NCBI GenBank assembly: GCA_038131735.1 | Contig: JAYPPX010000001.1 | Coordinates: forward strand, 1,186,592 to 1,250,591 | Source of the DNA: Hyphomicrobiales bacterium | Lineage (GTDB): Bacteria > Pseudomonadota > Alphaproteobacteria > Rhizobiales > TMED25 | Direction of reading: 5' to 3' | Length of the DNA: 64,000 nucleotides | In this document: piece by piece, positions 56,529-64,000 of the stretch | How positions within the stretch are numbered: the stretch's first letter is position 1 | Layout of the letters: every line of letters begins with the position of its first letter | Notes under the pieces: generated by a model | Told to the model about the DNA's origin: nothing | What the model saw: only the letters and a program-made list of their open reading frames with translations | Databases searched by the model: none | Made by a program: the position numbers and the translations under genes

Positions 56529-57758
56529 TCAATTACTGAGATCTTTGATATCCTTTACTTCTTTTAACCCAGGAAATAAAAACCACCAAATAACTGATAG
56601 AGAGATAGTCAAAGCACCACCAAACATAATTGCTGGGACCGTCCCTATCAAACTGGCTGAGAAGCCTGCTCTAAAATCTCCTAGTTCATTTGAACCCTGG
56701 GTTATAACTGAGTGAACTGACATTACCCTACCACGCATATTATCAGGTGTAACTAGCTGAACGATGATTTGCCTGATATTCATACTCACCATATCAGAAG
56801 CCCCATAGATAAATAGTGCGGCAAGTGATATCCATAATGACGTAGATAATGAAAAAACAATTGTTGCAAAACCAAAGATAATTATCGAATAAATTAGAAC
56901 TCTTCCAGGATAACGGATTGGAGGTAACTGTGATAACATCATAGCAGCAAATAAAGCTCCTATCGAAGGCATTGCACGTAAAACCCCAAGGCCTTCAGGT
57001 CCTATATTTAATATATCAAGCGCAAATATTGGTAGCATACCCATTATACTACTAAATAACATTGCCACTATATCTATAGCCATAGTTCCAAGTACTATCT
57101 TCGATTTCCAAACATATACAAACCCACTAAGTAACACTTTTAATGTTACTCTCTCAATTTCTTTAAATTCATTTTTTAAATTTGGAAGTGATATTGCACT
57201 CAGAGTTGAAATCATAAAGCTTATTAGAGCAACTGCATAAACCCATTTATCTATATATGCAATTAATAATCCGGCTATAATTGGCCCAAATAATGCCCCA
57301 AATTCATCAAAAAAGTTTACATAACTAACGGCTCGAGGAAAGATCTTTTTATCTACTAAATTTGGTAAAACTGCAAACGAGCTTGGACCTTCAAGAGACA
57401 TTGCTATACCATGTAAAATTAGAATTAAATAAATCGGAATTATTGAACCGGTATCTATGTAGTAAATTGAATAATAAAGTAAAAATGCTGACACAAAAAC
57501 TTGGATTAAGTTACATATAATCAATAAATATTTTCTATTATATTTATCAGCCAAGACACCGGCAGGAAGTATCAAGAAGAATTGTGGTGCAAATTGAATT
57601 AGCCCAATCAGCCCTAATGCAAGAGGACTTCCAGTTTTGGTATATATTTGCCATCCTACAGTGAGGCTAATAATCTTTAACGCAAAAGAACTAAACCAAC
57701 CAAGGCAAATAAATTTTAATAGATTGGCATTGTACAGCGTACTATCAGAGAATTTCAT
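56529..57758 (-). CDS. MFS transporter
   Basis: 409 aa, about 12 TM. Loop motif GVLADKYNRKYLL (the MFS 2-3 loop D-R/K-x-x-R-R/K-like). Confidence 0.8.
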   Translation of the reverse strand: MKFSDSTLYNANLLKFICLGWFSSFALKIISLTVGWQIYTKTGSPLALGLIGLIQFAPQFFLILPAGVLADKYNRKYLLIICNLIQVFVSAFLLYYSIYYIDTGSIIPIYLILILHGIAMSLEGPSSFAVLPNLVDKKIFPRAVSYVNFFDEFGALFGPIIAGLLIAYIDKWVYAVALISFMISTLSAISLPNLKNEFKEIERVTLKVLLSGFVYVWKSKIVLGTMAIDIVAMLFSSIMGMLPIFALDILNIGPEGLGVLRAMPSIGALFAAMMLSQLPPIRYPGRVLIYSIIIFGFATIVFSLSTSLWISLAALFIYGASDMVSMNIRQIIVQLVTPDNMRGRVMSVHSVITQGSNELGDFRAGFSASLIGTVPAIMFGGALTISLSVIWWFLFPGLKEVKDIKDLSN

Positions 57759-57959
57759 TATAATTAACCATTAGATAAATAATTTAATGAGAACCGAACC
57801 ACTCAATATCTCGAAGCCAATAAACCCAAATATCTGAATTTAATATTGTAATAGAATATTTAAGGCAATTTCTTAATAAAATATATCTGGTAGATTTTAC
57901 TAAATATAGCTAAGATATAATATAATTTAATACGGAACTAAATTTTATCAAGCACTAAA

Positions 57960-58229
57960 ATGAACAGACTAAAATTAATATATCCAGGTACTATCATAGT
58001 AGGAATTATCGCATATATCTTTACAGTTGGTATTGCTTTTACAACAAAAGGTTTGGTAATTGGAGTCTTAAGTGCAAGCTTACCAATACTATCAAATATT
58101 TATTGGGTATATTCATTATGGAATGAAACAAATACATTTTATACCCTTTACGTAAACATCAACATAACTTTAGCAATGATGATTTTTTCATGTCTATTAG
58201 TTCAGCAAATCATTAAGAGATTTTCATAG
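57960..58229 (+). CDS. Hypothetical small membrane protein (89 aa, about 3 TM)
   Basis: ORF track entry. Hydrophobic segments only, no family recognised. Confidence 0.4.
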   Translation: MNRLKLIYPGTIIVGIIAYIFTVGIAFTTKGLVIGVLSASLPILSNIYWVYSLWNETNTFYTLYVNINITLAMMIFSCLLVQQIIKRFS

Positions 58230-58238
58230 AAACGGAAA

Positions 58239-58315
58239 TGGCGCACCCGGAGAGATTCGAACTCCCGACCAAGTGGTTCGAAGCCACCTACTCTATCCAG
58301 CTGAGCTACGGGTGC
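58239..58315 (-). tRNA. tRNA-Arg (anticodon TCG)
   Basis: Reverse complement: GCACCCG-TA-GCTC-AGCTGGATA-GAGT-A-GGTGG-CTTCGAA-CCACT-TGGTC-GGGAG-TTCGAAT-CTCTC-CGGGTGC-G-CCA. 77 nt with encoded CCA. Confidence 0.9.
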
Positions 58316-58351
58316 GTATTTATATTTACCAATATTATTATATTAAAATAT

Positions 58352-59197
58352 TTAAAGACGCGAAGAAATTCTATCAAAGAGTTTATCCGTTAGGATCCTC
58401 TTTAAATACATCATTATGATTGTTGCCCAGGTAACACGGTACCTTATTTTTGGTTTTTTAGAAGTGCATGCATGTATTACTGCTTTACTGACAGCATCTG
58501 GCAAAAGCTCAAATGCTATTTTTTTTGGATTCTTATCCTCAAGTCTTGGAATTATTATTTTTGAATAAATTTCTTTATTATCCGACTTCTCCCACCTAAT
58601 TGATTTTTTAAACTGGTTGTAACTATTTTCTCGAAATTTTGTTGTTATTGGACCAGGTTGAATAAGAATAACCTTGATATTATGCTTCTCAGTTTCCATC
58701 CTTAAAGTATCAGATAAACCCTCAACTGCATATTTTGTGGCTGTGTATGCACCCCTATATTTCAGCGCCATAAAACCTAAAATAGATGAGTTCTGAATGA
58801 TTCTACCTGATCCTTGTGCTTTCATAAAAGGAATCACTTTATTTGTTAAGGAGTGCCAACCAAAAAAATTTGTTTCAAAAATATTTCGTAAAGAATCCAC
58901 AGGAATATCTTCGACAAGAGATGGGAGACCGTAAGCGCCATTATTGAACAAAACATCAATTTTTCCATTAGTTTTTTCAAGTGCGTAATTGAATCCAGAA
59001 GTAATTGTTTCTTCATCAGAATAATCAATTACAGTACTAGAGAGTCCATATTGATTAGTCAAAATTTCACAGTCTTTTATATCCCGGCAAGTTGCAATAA
59101 CATTCCAGCCTAATTCGTGCAAATCCCTTGCTACACATAGCCCTATACCACTTGAAGACCCAGTCACAAGTATACTTTTTTTTGAATTATTCATCAT
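58352..59197 (-). CDS. Short-chain dehydrogenase/reductase
   Basis: 281 aa. VTGSSSGIGLCVA and YTATKYAVEGL (YxxxK). Confidence 0.85.
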   Translation of the reverse strand: MMNNSKKSILVTGSSSGIGLCVARDLHELGWNVIATCRDIKDCEILTNQYGLSSTVIDYSDEETITSGFNYALEKTNGKIDVLFNNGAYGLPSLVEDIPVDSLRNIFETNFFGWHSLTNKVIPFMKAQGSGRIIQNSSILGFMALKYRGAYTATKYAVEGLSDTLRMETEKHNIKVILIQPGPITTKFRENSYNQFKKSIRWEKSDNKEIYSKIIIPRLEDKNPKKIAFELLPDAVSKAVIHACTSKKPKIRYRVTWATIIMMYLKRILTDKLFDRISSRL

Positions 59198-59349
59198 TAT
59201 CTACAATTTATATTTGTTACAATTAAACCTCTAGATTCTAGAAAATTTATTTATGAGAAAAAATAAAAATAAAAATATTCATATTTTTAACATTAATTGA
59301 ATTAAATGAGAATTAATGTTTTATCAACTATTTGTAAGTTATATTTATC

Positions 59350-59387
59350 GTCAAGTGGTTATAGTTTAATCACTTGACTATTTTTTT
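59350..59387 (+). other. Hairpin plus T-tract (terminator-like) upstream of the small-protein cassette
   Basis: gtcaagtg-(13 nt loop)-cacttgac followed by tattttttt. No plus-strand gene lies upstream for it to terminate. The 3' arm contains the putative -35 below. Confidence 0.35.
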
Positions 59388-59401
59388 AGCAGATTTAGAA
59401 T
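59374..59401 (+). promoter_or_regulatory. Putative sigma70-type promoter TTGACT-N16-TAGAAT
   Basis: ttgact (59374-59379), a 16-nt spacer, tagaat (59396-59401). About 65 nt upstream of the first small gene. Confidence 0.4.
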
Positions 59402-59467
59402 TTTTATAGTGATTCTATCTGTAAGTCTTACAGGCTGAAAAGATAGATAATAAAGAATGGAGAGGTT

Positions 59468-59701
59468 ATGACAGCTTTATTAGACAGATTGAGAGGAATC
59501 CTTAGGAGTGCTCTCGAAATAGCGCTTTGGGCCGTTGCACTACTTACTCTATTACAAGTTCTATTTGGTGATAGTTTTGTATTACTATTTGGAATTGATG
59601 TATTAGGTAATATTGGCGCACTTATGGCACAATTTGGTAGCGAAGGACTGGTTGGTCTTATAGCCGCGGGTCTTGTTGCATATCTAATTAGCCGAAGATA
59701 G
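59468..59701 (+). CDS. Small two-helix membrane protein, paralog 1 (77 aa), unknown family
   Basis: Strong RBS GGAGAGG 2 nt before the ATG. MTALLDRLRGILRSALEIALWAVALLTLLQVLFGDSF...DVLGNIGALMAQFGSEGLVGLIAAGLVAYLISRR aligns along its whole length with the next ORF. Confidence 0.7.
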   Translation: MTALLDRLRGILRSALEIALWAVALLTLLQVLFGDSFVLLFGIDVLGNIGALMAQFGSEGLVGLIAAGLVAYLISRR

Positions 59702-59706
59702 CTCAA

Positions 59707-59733
59707 GCACTATAATAAAGGCATTTATAGTGC
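59707..59733 (+). other. Intercistronic 9-bp hairpin
   Basis: gcactataa-taaaggcat-ttatagtgc, starting 6 nt after the stop of paralog 1. No T-tract follows. Confidence 0.6.
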
Positions 59734-59803
59734 AAAGACTTTAAAAATCTTACACTGTAAATTTTTTGTTTAAACTTTTTTATAACAAAATGGGAGAAAT
59801 AAC

Positions 59804-60019
59804 ATGTTTTCATCATTAACTGGCATGCTCAGAAGTGGCATTGACGTTGCGTTGGTTCTAGTTGGACTAGGAGTTGTACTACAAATCCTATTCCCAGATG
59901 CACTAGCATTTATTAACGCTGACGTAGCAGGAAACCTGATTGATCTAATAAATCAATTCTCAGGTGCTGGTCTAATTGGTGTTATCGCAGCATTGATTGT
60001 TGTTGACCAATTAAAATAG
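59804..60019 (+). CDS. Small two-helix membrane protein, paralog 2 (71 aa), unknown family
   Basis: RBS GGGAGA. MFSSLTGMLRSGIDVALVLVGLGVVLQILFPDALAFINADVAGNLIDLINQFSGAGLIGVIAALIVVDQLK shares the L-G-LRS, LQ(V/I)LF-D, DV-GN, QF, GL(V/I)G(L/V)IAA pattern with paralog 1. Confidence 0.7.
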   Translation: MFSSLTGMLRSGIDVALVLVGLGVVLQILFPDALAFINADVAGNLIDLINQFSGAGLIGVIAALIVVDQLK

Positions 60020-60043
60020 TTAATTTCATAAAATAAGAAATGG

Positions 60044-60077
60044 GGACTAATATGTTATTATTAGTCCCTATTTTTTT
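60044..60077 (+). terminator. Rho-independent terminator of the small-protein cassette
   Basis: gggactaa-(9 nt)-ttagtccc (8-bp stem) followed by tattttttt. The 3' arm overlaps the last codons of the convergent ABC ATPase gene. Confidence 0.7.
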
Positions 60078-61014
60078 GACCTCTAACAAACTCAAGAAAA
60101 ATATCCTCTAAATCCGTTTCCTTTGATATTATATCTATAATTGATACTTTCTGACTCTCTAACTGTTGTAATATATCTAAAAAATTAATTGTGCTAGGGC
60201 GATAAATAATCTGTAAATAGCCGTCTTGATTAGCTTTAATGCTATTAATTCCATTGATTTTTATTTCAGACTTTGGATTCTTGATATCAGCCTTAATCAA
60301 TATTTCTTTTCTATCTAAACTTTTTAATAATTCTTGGGTCGGTGCATTTGCCACTAATTTACCTTTGTTAATAATACCGATTTGATCACAGAGTTCTTGT
60401 GCCTCCTCGAGATAATGAGTTGTTAGTAGAATGGTTGTTCCTTGTTGATTAAGCTCCCTGACAAAATCCCACAACTGATGGCGTAACTCAATATCTACCC
60501 CAGCCGTAGGTTCATCAAGTACTAAAACACTCGGTTGGTGTGTTAATGCCTTTGCAATTAACAATCTTCTTCTCATTCCTCCTGATAATGTTCTCGAATA
60601 TGAATAAGCTTTATCTGATAATCCTAGCCTTGACAATAAGCCCATTGAATCCCTGTCCCTTTTAGAAACACCATACAGACCAGCTTGTGTTTCTAAAACT
60701 TCAATAGGCTTAAAAAATGGATCAAGATTTAACTCCTGTGGCACGATCCCAATAGCAGATCTAGCTTTTCTCTTTTGTTTTTCAATGTCAAAGCCATTGA
60801 TTTTTGCTGTGCCAGATGATTTTACAACTAGATTTGCTAAGATATTGATAAATGTTGATTTTCCAGCCCCATTTGGACCAAGTAAACCAAATATTTGACC
60901 TTTTTTTATTTGAATTGAAAAATCAATGAGCGCATGCTTCTGAGAACTTCCATTCCTACTTTTGTATATCTTGTTGAGAAGATTAGTTTCAATGGCTAAT
61001 TCCGTCATGTGCAA
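60061..61014 (-). CDS. ABC-2-type transporter ATP-binding protein (no adjacent permease gene)
   Basis: 317 aa. Walker A GPNGAGKST, signature LSGGMRRRLLIAKAL, Walker B LVLDEPTAGVD, C-terminal accessory domain. Confidence 0.85.
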   Translation of the reverse strand: MHMTELAIETNLLNKIYKSRNGSSQKHALIDFSIQIKKGQIFGLLGPNGAGKSTFINILANLVVKSSGTAKINGFDIEKQKRKARSAIGIVPQELNLDPFFKPIEVLETQAGLYGVSKRDRDSMGLLSRLGLSDKAYSYSRTLSGGMRRRLLIAKALTHQPSVLVLDEPTAGVDIELRHQLWDFVRELNQQGTTILLTTHYLEEAQELCDQIGIINKGKLVANAPTQELLKSLDRKEILIKADIKNPKSEIKINGINSIKANQDGYLQIIYRPSTINFLDILQQLESQKVSIIDIISKETDLEDIFLEFVRGQKNRD

Positions 61015-61108
61015 AACCTAGCAGTACTATTTTAATTTTAATTTCAGACTTACCGTAGTAATCTCTATATTAAATAAACTAATTATCTTGGATTATCAAC
61101 TTTTACAA

Positions 61109-63853
61109 ATGTCAAAAATTAATTCAAATTCAACATTATTCTTGATAGATGGATCAACCTTTATTTTTAGGGCATATTTTGCGATGTACAAAGCATCCCA
61201 AAGTCGGGGTAGCGGTTTCAGCAGATCAGATGGTCTTCCAACGGGTGCTGTTATGGCATTTTGTAATATGATGTGGAAAATAATCACAAATGGAATAGAC
61301 ACTATCCATCCAAGTCATATTGCAGTTATTTTTGATACAAAAGAAAAAACCTTCAGGAGTGATATCTACCCCTCTTATAAAGCAAATAGAGATGCTCCTC
61401 CTGAAGACTTAATCCCTCAATTTCCTCTTATTCATAGAGCGGTGGAAGCTTTCAATATAAGATCAATTTCAAAAGCAGGATTCGAAGCAGATGACATTAT
61501 TGCTACATATTCAAAACAAGCAAACGAAGCAGGTGCGAAGACAATAATAATATCCGGCGATAAAGACTTAATGCAGTTAGTGAATGATAATGTGACTATG
61601 TATGATCCAATGCCAGGTAGAGAGAGATTTATAGATATAGAAGGCGTTCGTGAAAAATTTGGTGTCACACCTAATAGGGTAGTTGATGTTCAATCCCTAG
61701 CAGGAGACTCCACAGATAATATTCCAGGTGTTCCTGGAATAGGTCTGAAAATTGCAGCAGAGTTAATCAATGAATATGAAACACTCGAAAATTTGCTGGA
61801 TAATGCAGAGAGTATAAAACAAAATAAAAGAAGAGAAAATCTGATTAGCTTTAGCAATGATGCAAAAATTTCTTATCAACTTGCACTTCTTGACTCTTCA
61901 ACACCTCTCGATATAAAACTTGATGATTTATCAAACCAACAATTAGATTATGAAAAAATATTATCATTCTTGAAAGAAATGGAATTCTCTAATCTGGAAA
62001 AGAGAGTTGAAGGTTGGTTCTCAAAAGAAAATAAAAATACTAACTTTGATATGCCTTCTTCTCAGATTGAGAAAAAAAATGCTTCAAACATTTCACCATC
62101 AACTCAGCACATTGAAATTCGAGATCCTCAGGAATTTGACAATGTATTCAGCAGGCTTATCCAGAGTAGAGAAATATTTATTGATATATCCAGCGATATT
62201 TCTAATGGAATTTCATTAACTACAGAAGGAGATATGATTTACACAATTTTTCTGGATACAGAGAAATCAGATGGTGAAATCCAAAAAAACAGTATCTTTT
62301 TGAAACTTAAATTTATCATGGAAGACCCCAGTATCAAAAAGATATTTTTTGATTACAAAGCAGTCCTATACTTATTAGAAAAATATGATGTTTCCATCAA
62401 TGCTTCTGAGGATCTATCCTTACTCGCTTATATTATCAATAATGGGAAAGTAAAAAATGAATTAACTGCATTAGCTCTATTCTATAAAGATGAAATATCA
62501 ATTTTAGAAGGACTTGAACAAAAAATTATAGGTAAAGTTAAACTAACAAGTCATGAAAAAGTCTCTTTAATTCATAAAATCTGGAATCATCTAATAACAA
62601 GAACACTGTCAGGCGGATCTATTCAAGTTTATGAATTGATTGAAAAACCGCTGATAAAAGTACTCTATGATATGGAGAGTAAAGGAATAAAAGCCGATAA
62701 ATCAGTTTTAGATAAATTATCCCTGAAATTTGGCACAAAAATTAACCAATTAGAAAAAAATATTCATATTTTAGCAGGGGAAGAATTTAATGTTGCAAGT
62801 CCTAAACAGCTCGGTGAAATTCTATTCGATAAGTTAGCTCTAAAGGGTGGAAAAAAGAATAAAAGTGGTGCTTGGGCAACGGGCATTGATATCTTAGAAG
62901 ACTTATCACTACTCGGTTATGAGATAGCTGATAACATAATTGAATGGCGCCAACTGAGTAAATTAAAGACTACTTATACTGATAGTATTCCAAATTTTAT
63001 TAATAAGGACACTCAGAGAGTTCATACCCAATTTTCCCAATCCTTGACCTCGACTGGCAGATTATCATCTTCAAGCCCTAACTTACAAAATATACCAATT
63101 AGAACTTATGAGGGGAAACAAATCCGTTCAGCATTTGTATCAGTTGATGATCATGTTTTTTTATCTGCGGATTATAGCCAAATTGAGCTACGTGTATTAG
63201 CTCATGTTGCTGAAATTGAACAGCTGAGAAATGCCTTCTTGGAAGATCTTGACATACATAAGATGACAGCTGCATCAATACTTAATGTTGGAATAGAAGA
63301 TGTAACTGAAGAAATGCGATATCAGGCAAAATCAATAAATTTTGGGATTATTTACGGAATTTCTGCATTTGGACTTGCAAAGCAATTAAAGATCCCCCGA
63401 CATGATGCAAAAAAATTCATAGATGATTATCTCTCAAGATTCCCAGGCATACAACAATATATGGAAAGAACCATAGATATGGTAAAAACAAATGAATTCA
63501 CAAATACTATATTTGGAAGACGATGTTATTTCCCAGATATTAACTCGCGTAACCACGCCATAAGATCATTTAATGAAAGAGCAGCTATTAATGCCCCAAT
63601 ACAAGGATCTGCAGCAGACATAATTAAAAGGGCTATGATCAAAATTTATGACGCAATAGAATTACAAAAGTTAAGATCTAAGATGATACTCCAGATACAT
63701 GATGAATTGGTATTTGAAGTTCCAAATGATGAAGTTGAAATAATGAAATCGCTAGTAACTGAAAACATGGAAAATGCCACGAGACCGTTAATAAACTTTA
63801 GTGTACCATTAAAAATTGATATGAGCATATCTAATAGCTGGGATCAGGTTTGA
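61109..63853 (+). CDS. polA: DNA polymerase I
   Basis: ORF track 61088..63853 (TTG). I prefer ATG 61109 (MSKINSNSTLFLIDGSTFIFRAYFA). 5'-nuclease GDSTDNIPGVPGIGLKIA. Polymerase motifs DYSQIELRVLAH, KSINFGIIYG, QIHDELVFE. Confidence 0.95.
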   Translation: MSKINSNSTLFLIDGSTFIFRAYFAMYKASQSRGSGFSRSDGLPTGAVMAFCNMMWKIITNGIDTIHPSHIAVIFDTKEKTFRSDIYPSYKANRDAPPEDLIPQFPLIHRAVEAFNIRSISKAGFEADDIIATYSKQANEAGAKTIIISGDKDLMQLVNDNVTMYDPMPGRERFIDIEGVREKFGVTPNRVVDVQSLAGDSTDNIPGVPGIGLKIAAELINEYETLENLLDNAESIKQNKRRENLISFSNDAKISYQLALLDSSTPLDIKLDDLSNQQLDYEKILSFLKEMEFSNLEKRVEGWFSKENKNTNFDMPSSQIEKKNASNISPSTQHIEIRDPQEFDNVFSRLIQSREIFIDISSDISNGISLTTEGDMIYTIFLDTEKSDGEIQKNSIFLKLKFIMEDPSIKKIFFDYKAVLYLLEKYDVSINASEDLSLLAYIINNGKVKNELTALALFYKDEISILEGLEQKIIGKVKLTSHEKVSLIHKIWNHLITRTLSGGSIQVYELIEKPLIKVLYDMESKGIKADKSVLDKLSLKFGTKINQLEKNIHILAGEEFNVASPKQLGEILFDKLALKGGKKNKSGAWATGIDILEDLSLLGYEIADNIIEWRQLSKLKTTYTDSIPNFINKDTQRVHTQFSQSLTSTGRLSSSSPNLQNIPIRTYEGKQIRSAFVSVDDHVFLSADYSQIELRVLAHVAEIEQLRNAFLEDLDIHKMTAASILNVGIEDVTEEMRYQAKSINFGIIYGISAFGLAKQLKIPRHDAKKFIDDYLSRFPGIQQYMERTIDMVKTNEFTNTIFGRRCYFPDINSRNHAIRSFNERAAINAPIQGSAADIIKRAMIKIYDAIELQKLRSKMILQIHDELVFEVPNDEVEIMKSLVTENMENATRPLINFSVPLKIDMSISNSWDQV

Positions 63854-63858
63854 AAGTA

Positions 63859-63999
63859 CTAGAGAACTGGTCCCGATTCGATTATTTCAAGGTCAACATC
63901 ATTTTCAAACCTTTTAAAATTTTCAATAAACATGCTTACTAATTTTTTTGCTTGTGCATCAAAATCATCTTTATTTGACCAAGTGTCTATTGGGTTTAA
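63859..63999 (-). CDS. pckA: Phosphoenolpyruvate carboxykinase (ATP), C-terminal 46 codons only
   Basis: My translation of the minus strand: LNPIDTWSNKDDFDAQAKKLVSMFIENFKRFENDVDLEIIESGPVL*. The ..TW.dk..yd..A.kLa.mF.eNFkkF.. ending is typical of ATP-dependent PckA. Confidence 0.6.
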   Translation of the reverse strand, partial: LNPIDTWSNKDDFDAQAKKLVSMFIENFKRFENDVDLEIIESGPVL

Positions 64000-64000
64000 A

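Noticed and set aside
59198-59467. Riboswitch upstream of the small-protein cassette.
   Set aside because: Apart from one hairpin plus T-tract and a short 5-bp stem, I see no conserved aptamer-like core of any class I know. The region is extremely AT-rich. Left as an unexplained leader.
59428-59706. 92-aa minus-strand ORF.
   Set aside because: It is antisense to the first small membrane-protein gene, has Pro/Ser/Arg-rich composition typical of reverse frames, and has no RBS. The plus-strand ORF has a paralog and strong signals.

Overview
AT-rich, very gene-dense chromosomal segment with about 65 protein genes, 3 tRNAs, short spacers and many 1-14 nt gene overlaps. It reads like a streamlined marine Alphaproteobacterium. 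That assignment is an inference from the ffh-rpsP-rimM-trmD and dapF-mtaB-ftsY blocks, a GTTC-N7-GTTC LexA-type box, TRAP and polyamine-type ABC importers, and an Ala/Glu/Pro tail on S16.

Left third: a three-subunit Mo-hydroxylase, typA, an OYE reductase, a small hydratase/cupin/dehydrogenase operon, cspA, a sulfur module (MBL-fold persulfide-dioxygenase-like gene plus two YeeE/YedE-type genes), an exported MORN-repeat protein and a TRAP transporter.

Middle: roughly 24 kb of catabolic genes with no recognisable regulator. These are AcoABC-like E1a/E1b/E2, a frameshifted M24 hydrolase, two acetolactate-synthase-like ThDP enzymes, a cyclase-family hydrolase, an alpha/beta hydrolase, an acyl-CoA dehydrogenase, a GST, a polyamine-type ABC importer and a thiolase-like/DUF35 pair.

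Right third: housekeeping genes (trmD, rimM, rpsP, ffh, dapF, mtaB, ftsY, polA, 3' end of pckA) interspersed with MarR, a Y-family polymerase behind an SOS box, SMR and MFS exporters.

I found no transposase, integrase, phage gene, CRISPR array or recognisable defence system.

Most noteworthy unexplained items:
1. A self-contained cassette of two paralogous ~70-aa two-helix membrane proteins with its own promoter, intercistronic hairpin and terminator (59.35-60.08 kb).
2. A thiolase-fold protein lacking the canonical Cys/His, translationally coupled to a DUF35 Zn-ribbon protein, a ThDP enzyme and an AhpD-like protein (40.6-44.3 kb).
3. A perfect 32-bp inverted repeat bracketing 192 bp next to a gene relic (6.3-6.55 kb).
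4. A nucleotide-perfect 15-bp tandem array encoding an (AEEAP)n tail on ribosomal protein S16.

None of these is proven to be a new system. All functional calls rest on by-eye motif recognition, with no database searches.
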